A stretch of 64,000 bases of DNA, taken from the NCBI RefSeq assembly GCF_006345805.1, contig NC_043013.1:14384001-14448000 (forward strand), in the 5' to 3' direction. Position 1 is the stretch's first letter. Every line of letters begins with the position of its first letter. The notes under the pieces were generated by a model, which was given only the letters and a program-made list of their open reading frames with translations, was not told the origin of the DNA and did not search any database. The position numbers and the translations under genes were made by a program. Below, in pieces: positions 39,150-52,447 of this stretch. This DNA comes from Octopus sinensis. Lineage: Eukaryota.

Positions 39150-40017
39150 ATCACATTTCTGATAACATTGTGAGTTTTCTTTTGTAAATCAATTTTTGTG
39201 AACCCATGCATAGATCAAAAATTTGTGTTGTTTATGAATATGAGTTCCGTCGTGGAACCAATGCATTCCAGGCAGCTCGAAGCATCAACGAGGTGTTTAG
39301 TGAAGATGTGGCGAATGAGCGCACTGTACATCAGCGGTTTGAGAAGTTCCGGTCTGGTGATTCTTGAAAATCAGCCTCGAGGTAGACCTGAGACCAAGGT
39401 GGATAATGATGAACTGGAAACTGTAGTGGAAGCGAATACATTTCAAACTACGCGTGTGTTAGCAGCAAGGTTTGATGTTTTGATTCCAACTGTTTTGTAC
39501 CATCTGAAAAAAATCGGCTGGGTAAAGAATCTGGACAAGTAGGTACTACACAGACTGAACGAACATCAAATGACACGTCGCATTGAAACTTGTTCTTTAC
39601 TATCACAACATAAAAGTGAACCATTTTTGCATCGTGTTGCTACCTGTGATGAAAAATGGATTCTTTTCAACAATAGCAAGCGTTCTGCACGGTGGTTGGA
39701 TAGAGACGAAGTGCCAAAACATAATCCAAAAAAGAATATTTATCGAAAATATCTAATGGTCTGTTTGGTGGACCAGCGCTGGCATCATCCTCTACAGATT
39801 CATGGTAAGTCAATTACAGCGGATGTATACATCAACCAGTTGGATGAAATGATGAGTGAACTTGCAATTAAACAACTGAGATTGGTCAACGGAGACAGGC
39901 CAATTCTCTTGCAATACCATGTTCGACCACATGTTGCAGAAAGAACGCTATTCAAGTTACAGGAACTGAACTAGGAAGCACTCTGTCATCCACCATATTC
40001 ATCAGATCTTGCATCAC
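39150..40017 (+). mobile_element. Decayed mariner transposase fragment
   Basis: GRPETKVDNDEL, ATCDEKWILF, YHVRPH, HPPYSSDLAS. Confidence 0.85.
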
Positions 40018-40129
40018 ACGGGTGGAAATATACTAAAAATAGAAGTTAAAAATGCGCCACTGAGAATAGTTAAAATATATTCTTCTTATTATATTTAAAG
40101 ATTTAACCGGTTTCACCACTGATTTTCAA

Positions 40130-41105
40130 GAAGTTGAAATAGAAATATGAGGTTTATGTCGCGCTTGTCTCGGTTTTGATGCTGTGATGAAACCACCACT
40201 CTCCACTTTGCCACTGGTCGGAATGTTTTCGTCTCGCCGTGTTTTGCAAACGCTTCAGAACCACCAAGCAAAAATATCTGGTTAACAGTTTGTCCAGGAG
40301 GAACAAATTCTGTGTGGAGAATTCTTTTCGAATCGGTCAAACAAATCATTATCGTCTTGAATTTGGACTCCACTTGACTCATTTTGGCGGCGAGGTGTGG
40401 TGATATCGAATGCTTCCATCGACTTGATTGCTGCATCATTTCCGGGTTGTGGCTATAGCACCAGCTTTCGTCACTAGTGATGACCTTCAAAAAAAAAAAG
40501 AAAAACAGAAAAAAAAGAAAGGTTCGGATCAAACTCCAACTCATCTTTCATTTCACGAAACGCATTTATTCGTGACTGTTTTTGAACTTTCGTGTGCAAG
40601 TGAGGCACAAATTTCGCTGTTACTCTTCATTCGCAATTCCTCGCTCAAAATTCGTTGGAAGAAGTTCCAGGACACACCAGTTATATCAGCACGTTCGTCA
40701 AGTGTTCGGTGACGGTCCTCCAAGATCAGTTCATGAAATTTCGTGATGTTTTCCTAAAGCGTGAAAACCACTCGTAAACTTGTATTTTGCTCCTTATGGC
40801 AGAATCCTTGTAAGCTGTTTGAAGCATGACAACTGTTTTGGCTGCCGTTTTCCAAGCAGAAAAAAAAAAACAGAATTTCACGGAAGCACGCTGTCCCTTC
40901 GTTTCATCCATCGCAATAATCTACGAACAGGGGAAAGCACTGCAAATCAAAGACGCGTCACGTGACAGCACGACTCCTGACGATAACACTAGTCGGCACA
41001 CTGATACCCGAGGGACGTATCAAGTGGCTTCTACTGGCGGAAGCTTAAACTACAACGGGCTTGTCCCGCAGAGAACGTTTCCGGTTACTTTTCGGTAGCC
41101 CTTCG
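40130..41105 (-). mobile_element. Mariner (irritans-like), 5' TIR to the second Asp region
   Basis: TIR TACGAAGGGCTACCGAAAAGT on the minus strand from 41107; ITSDESWCYSHNPEMMQQSSRW. Confidence 0.75.
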
Positions 41106-41129
41106 TATTGGTATTGACAAATAGTTATG

Positions 41130-42133
41130 TGTCCCCTAGAGCGGAGAAATCGCTGGTGTTCAAGCGAAATTGCATGTCACAGCCCCATCTGCAACTTGTG
41201 TCAGCATCCACCAACTGAATCTGACTGGGGTTTACTTCTTAACAAAAATGTAAAGGCTATCGGGGAATTTTTCGTCATACAGCAGCAACTTTACCTGTTT
41301 ATGGATCGATTGGTCTGTCGTGTGGATTCGTGCAGACAATCTTAACATCTGAACTGAACATCCGGTGTGTCTCTGCCAGGTTTGTCCCGCCTGCTGAACA
41401 CTCAAAAGAGAAGAACATTGCGTCAATGTCTGTCAAGATGTCAGTCATCCTGCCGCTGGTGATGATCCTTCATGTCATGGATCATTATTGGTAATGAGAG
41501 TTGGGTCCACAGGTACGACCCTGAGATGAAGCAGCAATTGTCACAATGGAAAAACCCTTCATCTCCACGACCTAAGACAGGACGACAGAACCGCAGTTCA
41601 ATCAAGAGCGTGCTGATCGTTTTTTTTCAACATCTGCATTATTGTTCATCGAGAATTCATCCCCTAGAGCCACACAGTGAATTGGCAGTTCTTACTACGA
41701 CGTTTTGAGAAAGGACATTCGGCGAAACGACCGGTTCTGCAGATCGCGAAGAACTGGATTCTTCATGGCCACAATGCAACCTGCCACTGAATTCTCACTC
41801 ATGAATTTCTCGCCAAAAACAACACAGTATCGCTTCTACATCAGCCCTATTCGTCACATTTAGCCGACTTCCTGCAGACTTCCATCTCTTTCCCAAGTTG
41901 AAAAGGCAGCCGAAAGGTCGCCGTTTTAACATCGTCGTCCTTTTCCTGAACCGAATCACAGATGGTCCTCGAGTGGCTTAAGGAAAACGACTTTCAGGTC
42001 GGATGCCAAAAGTGGCAGGAACGCTGAGACCGGTCTATTTCCGTACAAGTCGACTATTCTGAAGGAGATGATGTGAAAACTTGGACAATTTATTTTTCAA
42101 TAAACATAACGGGAAGTTTTTGGTACCACTTCG
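41130..42133 (+). mobile_element. Mariner (irritans-like), 5'-truncated, with 3' TIR
   Basis: VSARFVP, GNESWVHRYDPEMKQQLSQW; terminal GGAAGTTTTTGGTACCACTTCG followed by TA. Confidence 0.75.
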
Positions 42134-42949
42134 TAATTGTGGATCAGTTTTACTACATCTTTTAAAAAGGCTATTAATTATTAAATCAATGTTAATTTAT
42201 TTAACAAAGACTAAGTAGGACTAATAATGCGATGAAGAAGAAAGCGATGTTTATTAATTTCTATATATTTTTTCGGCAAGAACTGGACACAGAAGATCAA
42301 TGAATAAATGATGAACAAGAAACAGAAACAAAGAACGCAAAAAATAAACAATAAAAATTGGTCTTACCATCAAGAAAGAAATAAGAGGCGAAAACTCTTA
42401 TACCACATCCCAAGGAGTTAATCTTCTCCAGTGTAAGGGAGTGGTTAAGGTCATTCCAAAGTTCTGAAATGGAATAAAAATAAAAAAGACTCCTGTTTCT
42501 GTCGTAGTTTTAAAGTTTTCCCTGATTTCTTTAGTATTAATCAAGGAATTCTAATCTCTTTCAAACAATCGACTTTCCTATTTATATAAGATGATTTTAT
42601 ATAAGAAATCATGACTTTTTAAATATATGTTGTATTTTATTTACTATCATTTATTTCTAGTATTAACACAAGGTCTCATATATGGAGGGAGGGAACAGAC
42701 GTTTAGAAAGGTTCTAGGATGTTACTGGTATGTTACCGATATATTATTTCATGTGTAATTAGACCGCATTGGAAAAAGAAAACCAATATTCTTCTTTGAG
42801 CGTTTGATGAATTATGTAGAGTATAAATGAATCATTTTTAATGTTGTATGCTATGTTTTAATATAGAAAAATAAACAATACAACACACAAGTCTGTCCTA
42901 TACATGATAGCAGACGTTCGAGGTTACTCCTCAAGTTATCAACGCTTGG

Positions 42950-43900
42950 GCACTGAACGAGTTTGTGCAAAACACTTGTGTCCTTTGTACTCATCTCAAG
43001 CAGACTTCAATTCACGTTTTTATGTGGCGTGTATAGTTTATACCGAGCCTGTAGTGTCTACTGGTAGGACAACCAGGCCAAAAATCTTAGGAAATTATCT
43101 CTGGGCTCCGGCTTGCAGGTAGAACGGACCAGCCTGTTGACGTTTGTCGACACCCAGAATCTTCTCGACAACGCCGTCTCTCTTTTCTACCACAGTTCGA
43201 CCGTAGAACACCAAACTGGGGTTTCTGTATTGGTTGACTGGCAGAGGGTTGTGAGCGTCTGACTACACTCTAGATGTGTCAGAAAATCTGTCTTAGTCTA
43301 CGCTTGATCCTGCTTGACTGTAACACTTCCAAAGAGACGAGCTGCGGAAAAGTGAGTCTGAGAAACGGCGACCACACCTGCTGAGTGCCAATCAAACTCT
43401 GGAGGTGTCGCAACCGCAGCGCACGACTGCCCATCGTTAGCCACAGCATGCCCAGTTTTCCATCTAGCGGGTGTCGACAGCAAATGGATCGTGTGACGAG
43501 TGAAACGTGTGAATTCCAAAGAAGGCGGAAAGACAGGTGGCAATATATGATGGAAATGCTGTAAGCATTCGCCGCCTCTGCTCCACCTTTCAAGGATAAT
43601 TTCTTCTCGGCTAATTTCTGAGTAAAGTTGGTCACCCTGCTCTTTCCAGTGCTTCTCTACTTGGAGATCTGGACGAAAGCAGTTACCGAGTAATTTTCCC
43701 TGCCCGCCAATCCAGCGCATAATGTTATTGTTTGATTGGTCGACCAACATCTCTAGGCACAGAGCTGAAGAACGAGTTTTGATGACACTGCATCGTAGTC
43801 CCTTAGAGACTGCTGTCAGACTCTGTGTCAATGCGTTTAATAAAGTTATGGTCCGAAAATTATTACGAGATTCCCGTACCCTGTTTTGCAGCCATTCCTA
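42950..43900 (-). mobile_element. L1/Tx1-like RT fragment
   Basis: NFRTITLLN-like motif; 43540-43870 is the diverged reverse complement of 58820-59150. Confidence 0.65.
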
Positions 43901-44899
43901 GATAATATTTGTCAAGAGGTCTCCAAAGAAGTGTGGCATGCCCAAGTAAAGTTCATAGGGCAGAACCTCGAGACCAAGAGATTTTTCCTCCAACATCCAT
44001 TCAGTCAACCGTCAATCCCCGTATTTCAGTAGCCTTATCAGCTCTTGGCAGCACTCCGTCTACACACACACAGACTGGCATGCATGAATACACACGTAGG
44101 TATGTTTGTACGTAAGCATGCATGTATGTATACGTGTATGTATGCATGTATGTATGTGTGTATGTGCATGTATGTATGAACGTATATATGCATGTACGTA
44201 TATATGTATGTATGCATGTACGTACGTACGTATGTATGTCGGCCACAGCCAGACACATAATGTCCCTTCTCTTTCTTGGTCATGTGATATCCTTGGTCAT
44301 CGTCGACAACAACGGAAGAACTAATAATGTATAAAACCCATCCCAGAAGAAACGGAAGCCCGAAGATAACTAAGGGGAAAATGGCAACAGAGGAAAGGCA
44401 GACATACTATCGGAACTAGGAAAAGTGAGAGCACAGAGCAATAAGGCAAAATAGAAGTCCATGGATGAAGAAATCCACGTAGAATTCAGCAGAAATAGGA
44501 ATGGAAATGAGAAGAACTGAAATATCTTTGACTCTGAGGTGAAGGCACCAACTAGATTTTTTTAAATTATGAAACTATCTTGGAAATGGAACACGTTGCC
44601 GACAACCGTCTCCTAAAGAAAAGAAAAAACGCACAAACAAATGATGCACGGACATAGTTCTACAGTGAGCAAGAGAACCAAAACCAGTTCTACTCTCAAG
44701 AAAAGCATAAAAGACCGATCCCAAACTTCATTATCACCACTCGAATGAATGACATCGGTATTTCACCAAAGGACAAACAATCTCTAGGTCGACATTACAA
44801 TTTCCCCTCCTCATAAGGAGAAGCAATCAACGAAAACTGACCGAAACACGCCAAAGGAATCTAAATTCCAAAAACTCACTGAACAACAACTTTCTGCAA

Positions 44900-45366
44900 T
44901 ACGGAGAAAATCCCAACGAAATATCTCTGAAATACGTCAGCGGAGCATATAATTCAGAGACACAGCGAACAGTCGTAAACCACAAATCCCCACCGTAAAT
45001 TAGGCCAATAGGAGACCCATTTATAACGTGATTACAATAACGTTTTTTGAGACCCTGCCCACAAGAACAAAGATATACAGTGACACCAATCATAGAAGAG
45101 AAGCCAAAAATAATTAAGATCATTAATTTAGTAAACAAAGAATTAACAAATCAACAAATTAGCTTATTCTCTAAAGGACTGAAATTCACACCAATGCCTC
45201 AAAGACACAACTATAACGAAATGCAAAACGGCATTTCAGAATTCTGTAGAAAATGAGGATTCTCCAAAGAACGGTACGAGAAAAACAGCCGCACGAAATT
45301 CTAAGAACAAAACCCGAGAATATTTCTCTGAATATATTTGGAATTACTCATATCAACACACACACA

Positions 45367-45429
<63 letters not shown>

Positions 45430-47160
45430 GCACAGACACTCTCACACCCACGCACTCAAACTCACACACACACAAAAGCACGCACATACACGCACACACA
45501 CACACACACACACGTACACACACGCATACACGCGCGCTATCCGTATGAGAAGACCATGCATAATGTGAAAAGGCCGAAATCAATTGCCAGTAAAAAAAAA
45601 ATAATGAGAATCTTTAGAATATTAATAAATTTATACCCAGAGGGTCTCACAAGGGACAAGTAACAAGTCTCTTATTACAAACTTCCGATGCAAATCTAAA
45701 TTCTTCAATGGCGCACCAAAAATTCACAAAAGTGAAGAAATTAGTGAAGTTTGGAAAAGAACCACTGACATATATATCAATGTCACCTGGACAAATGATT
45801 TGAAATTAAGGCCAATAACAACTGGTCCCGCACGTGAAGTCCACCGTTTATAGAATCTTTAGATATCCTCCTGAAGCCATTTCTCAAGCATATCAAAGAG
45901 ATGACCTAGATATTCTAAATCATTTCCCGAAATACTCAACGAATAAACTTCGGTAGTATCTTTCAATGCAGTGAATTTTTATTTAAACTCCTTTTGCGAC
46001 TTGGGAATTGAGGTTATTCAATTCTTTTTGGTTAATCATACATAATTTATAATAGAGCGGCTAAAAGTTATTTTAGAAAATAATTACTTTACGCTCATTG
46101 CCAACATTTTCCGACAAAAAACTGGGACTGACTGCGTTGCGACCGAAAACAGAACCCTCATTTGCGAATCTAGTAATTACACTATAATAAATAAAAAAAG
46201 AAAGCATGAGGAAAATATGGAAACTCTCTCTCCATATACAACCAAAAAAACTGGAAAAGCTCGACGATTGCATCTTTCTTCGGAATGGAAGCTTAGGGAA
46301 GCTAAAAGAATTTGAAACACTCTTCAATAGAATTAACGAAAATATTCAACTCAATATTGAATATAGTCATAAGCAATCTTCATTTTCGGAATTCCTTATG
46401 ACGAATATCTCAACCAAATAGAAATGGACATTTATTATATACCAACGGACGCCAGACAATATCTTTCATTCAAGTCATGCCATCAGAGACACACCAGAAT
46501 GAATGTCCCTTGTAACAAAGCTAAAAGTATTTGTACAATAGTATCTGATGCAAACATCCGTGACATAAGAGACCCCAAGAACGGAACGATACACGTCTCG
46601 ATAGGAATAATTCATATTAAATTCCATAACATACAGTTACTGAAGAAAGACCGCAAGATAAACCAAATCCTCCAGACAAACCATCTTAAACAGCAATAGA
46701 CAACTGAAATTAATAACAAAACATCTAACAAAGACCAAACTTCACACAATAGCGATAAAAGAGAAAAACAAGCGTTAAAAACGCGGAAGATTCAAATGTG
46801 GTTTATGTTTCAGTCTAAGAGAAGGGTCAGAGAACCGTTTAGAACAAGGACAACTCTTCACATTAACAAAAATCTTTATTACTGCAACTGAAAACTTAAT
46901 CCAGGCAATAACATTCTCAGGATGTGTGACATTTTACATCGGATAGACAAAAAACGTTTGAAGGCAGGGCATGAGCCTTCGTCGATCGGAAATTAAAATA
47001 CAGGAATACAGAAGATAGGATTCAGTGAATATATAGAAACATGCGCAAGCAGAAACAACCAAACTTTACGATGTTTTCTCTCAATGAATTTGGTGGTTAT
47101 ACAATTGAACGGCAATATACCAATGAAGAAATGTCTTTCATAACAAAATACTAAACGAGT
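44900..47160 (+). mobile_element. Decayed Penelope-like element (RT and GIY-YIG remnants) with a (CA)n insertion
   Basis: INLVNKEL...SKGLKFTP, ENNYF...QKTG, DIYYIPTDARQYLSFKSCH, YIG-like motif near 46935. Confidence 0.75.
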
Positions 47161-47218
47161 CTAAATTCATTTGGCAGAGAAAGGGAGGCAACAACAATCA
47201 AGAAGAATACTGCAACCC

Positions 47219-47279
<61 letters not shown>

Positions 47280-47283
47280 TATT

Positions 47284-50200
47284 CAGTAGTTTTATTTTTA
47301 TAGCGTGCTTTCACTTCACTACCGAGCGCAGCTCTCTGTGCCTTGGGTATGTGCTGTGATTTGTTGTGATGCTCTGATGGTAATTGTATGGAAAGTGTTC
47401 TGCGTAGGATGTGTGCAGTGCCTAGTAGTGCAATTTTCTGTATGTTATATGTGTTTGTAAGTCCTGGTGTTTTTGTTATGTATTTATCTGAATATTTTTT
47501 TATCATGCCTAATGCACCATGATAGGAATTGTTTCTGTTTTCAGATTCCACATTCTAGTTACCTCTATTTCCAGGTCTTTGTATATTGAGAGTTTCTCCA
47601 TTTTTTAGAGACACGTTGTCATCTGCCGGTATTGATACATCAATTAGAAAGCATTTTTTTTCTTCATGATCTCTGACAACTATATCTGGTCTGTTGGCCT
47701 TAATTTCTCTATCTGTGTGTATCGGCATATCCCAGAGTATGGTTGCTTTCTCGTTTTCTGTGACCTTTTCTGGTGTGTGCCTATACCATCTTTTTTCTGT
47801 TGTTATTCCATAATGTTGGCATAGCTTCCAATGTATGTAGGTTCCAACTCTGTCATGTCTGTGAATATATTCCTTCTTAGCCAGGACTGGGCAGCTAGAG
47901 ATAATTTGATTTATTGTTTCTTGTCCATCTCCACATATTCTGCAGTTACTTGAAATATTTCGTTTCATTACATGTTTTTGGTAATTTCTGGTGAGGAGGC
48001 TTTGGTCTTGTGCTGCAATTAAAAATCCCTCTGTTTCTGCTTTGAGTCCTGAGCTTCTCAACCATTGCTGGGATTTTCTTTGTCTATTTCTTTTGCGTTT
48101 AGTTTAGTCCAGTATTTACCATGAAGGGGCTTTTCTTGCCATCGTTTTATCATGGTTCGTTGCTGTTCTATTTTTAGTTTGGATTTCATTTGTTTTATAG
48201 CTCTTGTTGTTTCTTTATCTTCTTCTTCTTCTTCTTCTTCTTCTTCATGTTTATTAGGTGGTATGATTTCTTGTTTGTATTTGTCAGCTTCCTTAAATAC
48301 TGAGAACAGTTTTTTGTTTTGCTCGTGTTTTGCCGCTATCTGGATCAGTTTTCCTTCCTTCTGAAGTAGATATTTTTGCAGTCCTATGGTGGTTATTTTA
48401 TAGTAGTTTTCCAGCTGTATAAGGCCTCTACCACCTTCTATACGTTGTATATATAGTCTTTCTATGTCAGATTTTGGGTGATGCATCCTAGATCCTGTCA
48501 TTATTTTTCTTGTTTTCCTATCTATTTTGGTCAGTTCATTTCGTGTCCAGTTAAGGATATTGTAGCTGTAACTTATAACTGGGACAGCTAAAGTGTTGAT
48601 ACCTATTATCCTGTTTTAGCATTGAGCTCTGTTTTTAGTATTGATCTAACTCGTCTATAATATTCTTTTTTTATTTTCTCTTTCATTTGTGTGTGTTGTG
48701 TCTTATCTAGTTCATGGATTCCTAAGTATTGTAAGTTTGGCTTTGGTCTAATTCTTTTATTTCATTGGTTTTATCTAGTGTGATGTTGTTACTCTTAACT
48801 AGTTTTCCTCTTTTCATGGTTACTTTGGCGCATTTTTCTAATCCAAATTTCATATCCATTTCTTTGGTAAATCCATGAACTGTCTTTAATAGTGTTTCCA
48901 GCTGTTTGTCATTTGCAGCGTATAGTTTTAGGTCATCCATATATAAAAGGTGGCTGATCGTTTTGCCGTAACATTTATATCCGCATCCAGTTCTATTTAG
49001 TATATCAGACAGAGGTGACAGTGCCAAGCAGAAAAGGAGTGGAGAGAGCGTGTCTCCCTGGAATATTCCTCTTCTAATGGGGATGTCTTTGGTTTTCATG
49101 AGTCCCTCTTTTGTTTGGAGGTGTAGGACTGTTTGCCATTTATTCATAGAGTGCCCTATGAATTTTATAATTGTTGGTGCTACTTTGTTAATGGCTAGTG
49201 TTTCGAGGATCCATGTGTGGGGGATGCTATCAAAAGCCTTTTTGTAGTCAATCCAGGCCATACTGAGGCCTTTCTTCTTTCTGTGGCTGTCTTCAGTTAT
49301 GGCTTTATTAATCATTAGTTGATCTTTACAGCCATATGAGCCTTTGCGGCATCCTTCCTGCTCTTCTAGAAACAGGTCGTTTTCGTCCAGGTGCTTGTTC
49401 AACCTTTGCGATATCACTGCAGTGTACATTTTGCCTTGTATATTGTAGGGAGACAGGTTATTGGTTTGTAGTTTTCTGGTTTTGCTGTCTCATTTGATTT
49501 GGGAATTAAGATGGTTTTCCCCTTCGTGAGCCATTCAGGCATTGTCTCGGCTCTGCTAGTATGTTAAAGTTTTCAGCCAGTTTTTGTGCATTCCTGTTAG
49601 ATATTTCAACCAGAAGTTGGGGATCTTGTCATGCCCAGGTGCCTTCCAGTTGCTTAGTCTTTGCAGTGGCTGGGTGACCTCTTCAGTTGTTATGGGGGTC
49701 CAAAGTTGCTCAGATGCTGTGTGTTTGTTGTTTTAATACTCCTTTTTTTTGGTTGTTCGTTCGCCGACCATATTTCTCTCCAGAATTCTTCCATTTCTTC
49801 TGCCGTGGTGCTGCAGTGATTTCTATTTTATTTTTATTTTTGCCAAGTTCTTGGTAGAACTTTTTGGGGTTGGAGTTGAACTTTTTGTTTCGTTCAAAGA
49901 AGCGCTGGCGTTTCTCGTACCGGCGGATCCATTGTGCTTTGGCAAGGATATCTTGCTTTAGTTTTTTTTTATCTCAGGTAAATCTTTTTCTGTGATGTTA
50001 TATTTGCGGAGTATTTTTGTTTTCTTTTTGTTGCTCAGTAGCGTTGATTGTCTACTGATTTCATTAAGAATCGACAGATCTTTTCTCATTTTTTGTATTT
50101 TGTTTTGGATGTTATTTATCCACAGGGTTTATTTGGGTGGTGGTACTCCTGTTTGGATGGGTTTGAGTGAGTATCCAGCTTCTTTTGTGGCTGCAGTGGC

Positions 50201-51387
50201 GGCTGCGTATATTAAGTCATTTAGCTCAATGATATCGCTTTTTGTTTCAGTGGTTATTAGTTCCGTGACGGCTAGGTTTATGCTGTTTATAATTGGTGTT
50301 GTTGTTTCGTCTGTTTTGATTTTTGGGAGATATGGTCGGTGGTCCATTTTGAGCTCTGTGGTTTTCAGTTCTTTGATTATTTTACTTTTTATATTATCAT
50401 AATCATTAGGCCCCACCTTCGTTGTTTCCAGGTTTTAGATTTGTGTCGCTTTCTTTCTTATTTATATGTTTGTTTGCCGTGTTTTGGCTTTATGTTTGTC
50501 GTGTATTATTATGCATCCTTACGGTCTGGGTTTGTTGTTTTTTGTTTACATCGTGTTTGTTGGGAATGTTACGTTTGTCTTCGTGTTTTACTGTTTCATT
50601 GTTTATATTATTGGGCATTGTTATGTGGCTTCTATCTACATTTTCCTGGTGTATTTTTTCTTTTAGATGTTCTATTTCTATTTCTGATATTTTTGGCGTT
50701 GAGAATGTATCTTCGTACGTTAGCTAGTTTATTAGGGTTCATTGCTGTATCTAAGTCTATAATTATGTTATTTTCCTTCCATATTTTATATGTATGTGTT
50801 GTTGTGTTTTCATTTTTTGGGTAGAGAACTGCTGTGAAGTATGCGTGTAGGATAGAAATGTATTCCTCACGTGTCCATTTATGTCTTTTGGGTTTTATTT
50901 GCGGGACATGAGGATCAACGTCTGGCCCATTATTTTGACGGTCGTCATTTTCGTAGGGTACCGGTCCGTTCATTTCTGTTGTCACATTGTTTTGCACGTG
51001 TAGTTTTCGTACATTTTGTGTTATAAGTTTAGAGTACTTACTTCCTGATTGTTATTCTTGGGTTGAATAATATCGGTGGTATTTAATTTCTTCGTAGTTT
51101 TTTTGTACATGGTGTTTGGGGTCGGGGATGATCTGGTGTTGATGGATCGCAATGTTTCACGCATGTTTACATGTGTTGTGTTAGAGGTAGAGATGATATC
51201 GAGTTAAAATACATCATTTCGTTTCGAAAATAGTAATAAATTTCAATGAGTATTACTTACTCGGGTATAGTCCAATCCTTTGTTAGTAAATCTTTGGCTC
51301 CATACGTTGTCTTTGTTTTCGATGTTTGTGGATAGATTTCGGAGCTCTGTTTTATCGTTCTTACATCTTAAACGTCTCCCGGTGTTC
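47284..51387 (-). mobile_element. Apparently full-length (4.1 kb) R4/Dong-like REL retrotransposon in a (TAA)n tract; several frameshifts and stops
   Basis: KRHKWTREE N-terminal motif; RT motifs EQEGCRKG, WIDYKKAFDS, GIFQGDTLSPLLF, YMDDLK; CRICG..ETINQIISSC, RHDRV, NRPDIV...LIDVSIP. (TTA)n on both sides (47218-47283 and 51388-51455). Confidence 0.92.
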
Positions 51388-51455
<68 letters not shown>

Positions 51456-51456
<1 letters not shown>

Positions 51457-51811
51457 CTCTCTATATATAAATGGTAAAATGTCTGTCTGTGTGTGTACCC
51501 TTTATACAAATCCACAATTTTTCAGTTAGAGGCATCGCACTTTCTATGGTAATTCAAAACCGTCCAAGGATGGTCGTGCAGATCTTTAAATTTCCCCAGT
51601 CACCCCGCAGAGCCATTAGAAAATCAATAGAAGTGACTTTTTGGGGAATTTTCTATCCAAAACCCAATCAAAATGCCCGAAACTTGATACGCCTGCTAGC
51701 TGTATGTCATTGGTCGGAGATTTGGACAGTAGTCGCGTGTATGCTTGCACGCACGCAGCTGTATATGCATGCACTAGCACTATGACCCGATGTTGCCGGA
51801 TCATAGTGCTC

Positions 51812-51813
<2 letters not shown>
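51456..51813 (+). mobile_element. Non-autonomous Helitron-like element
   Basis: 5' TC...TATATATAAATGGTAAAATGTCTGTCTG; 3' hairpin AGCACTATGACCCG/CGGATCATAGTGCT ending in decayed CTAGT (CTCGT); inserted between A and T with no target-site duplication. Confidence 0.65.
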
Positions 51814-51852
<39 letters not shown>

Positions 51853-51894
51853 ATCTTTAGCCAATACTTCTATCAAATTATTATTCTCATTAAA

Positions 51895-52110
51895 ATAGCT
51901 GCGAGCTGGCATAATCGTTAGCACAACGTGCAAAAAATGGTTATCACCATTTCATCTGTTTTTACATTTTCAGTTCAAATTTCGCCGAGGGCCATTTCGC
52001 CCTTTATCCTTTTAGGGTCGATAAAATAAGTGCCAGTTGAGTACTGACGGCGATATCATCCTCTTAGTCCCTCCCACAAATTTTCAAGCTTTGTATCTCC
52101 AGCAGAAAGT
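51895..52110 (+). mobile_element. SINE family B copy
   Basis: GCGAGCTGGCATAATCGTTAGC head and family body. Confidence 0.75.
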
Positions 52111-52216
52111 ATAACTTCTCATTAATCTACACAATAAAATACTTCACCATAAAAGCACCCCACCACAGTTATGAAAACCGAAACAAAACGTTCATTTACC
52201 TGTTTTATTCTTTCAG

Positions 52217-52447
52217 GAAAATGTCCCGTGGATTTCGTTTACAACGGTTATCTTCCTTCTAACAATGATTTGGGTATCACTTATACTCAGAATTATACAC
52301 AGTGTTTCAAAAAATGTGAAGCGGAACCAAACTGTCAGTCATTCGAATACTCCTTAGACACAACAGAATGCCGAATGTCAGTTGCAAATCATACTGCTAT
52401 CAATTTGAATTTCTGGGGAAGTGAACTTTACACTGATATAAACAGAA
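52217..52447 (+). CDS. PAN/Apple-domain exon of a second, probably extracellular, protein (phase 1-1, 77 codons)
   Basis: tctttcag acceptor and GTAAGT donor. Encodes KCPVDF...NYTQCFKKCEAEPNCQSFEYSLDTTECRMS...LYTDINR; the C-x3-C-x5-C-x-SF-x-Y-x6-C spacing is PAN-like. Confidence 0.8.
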
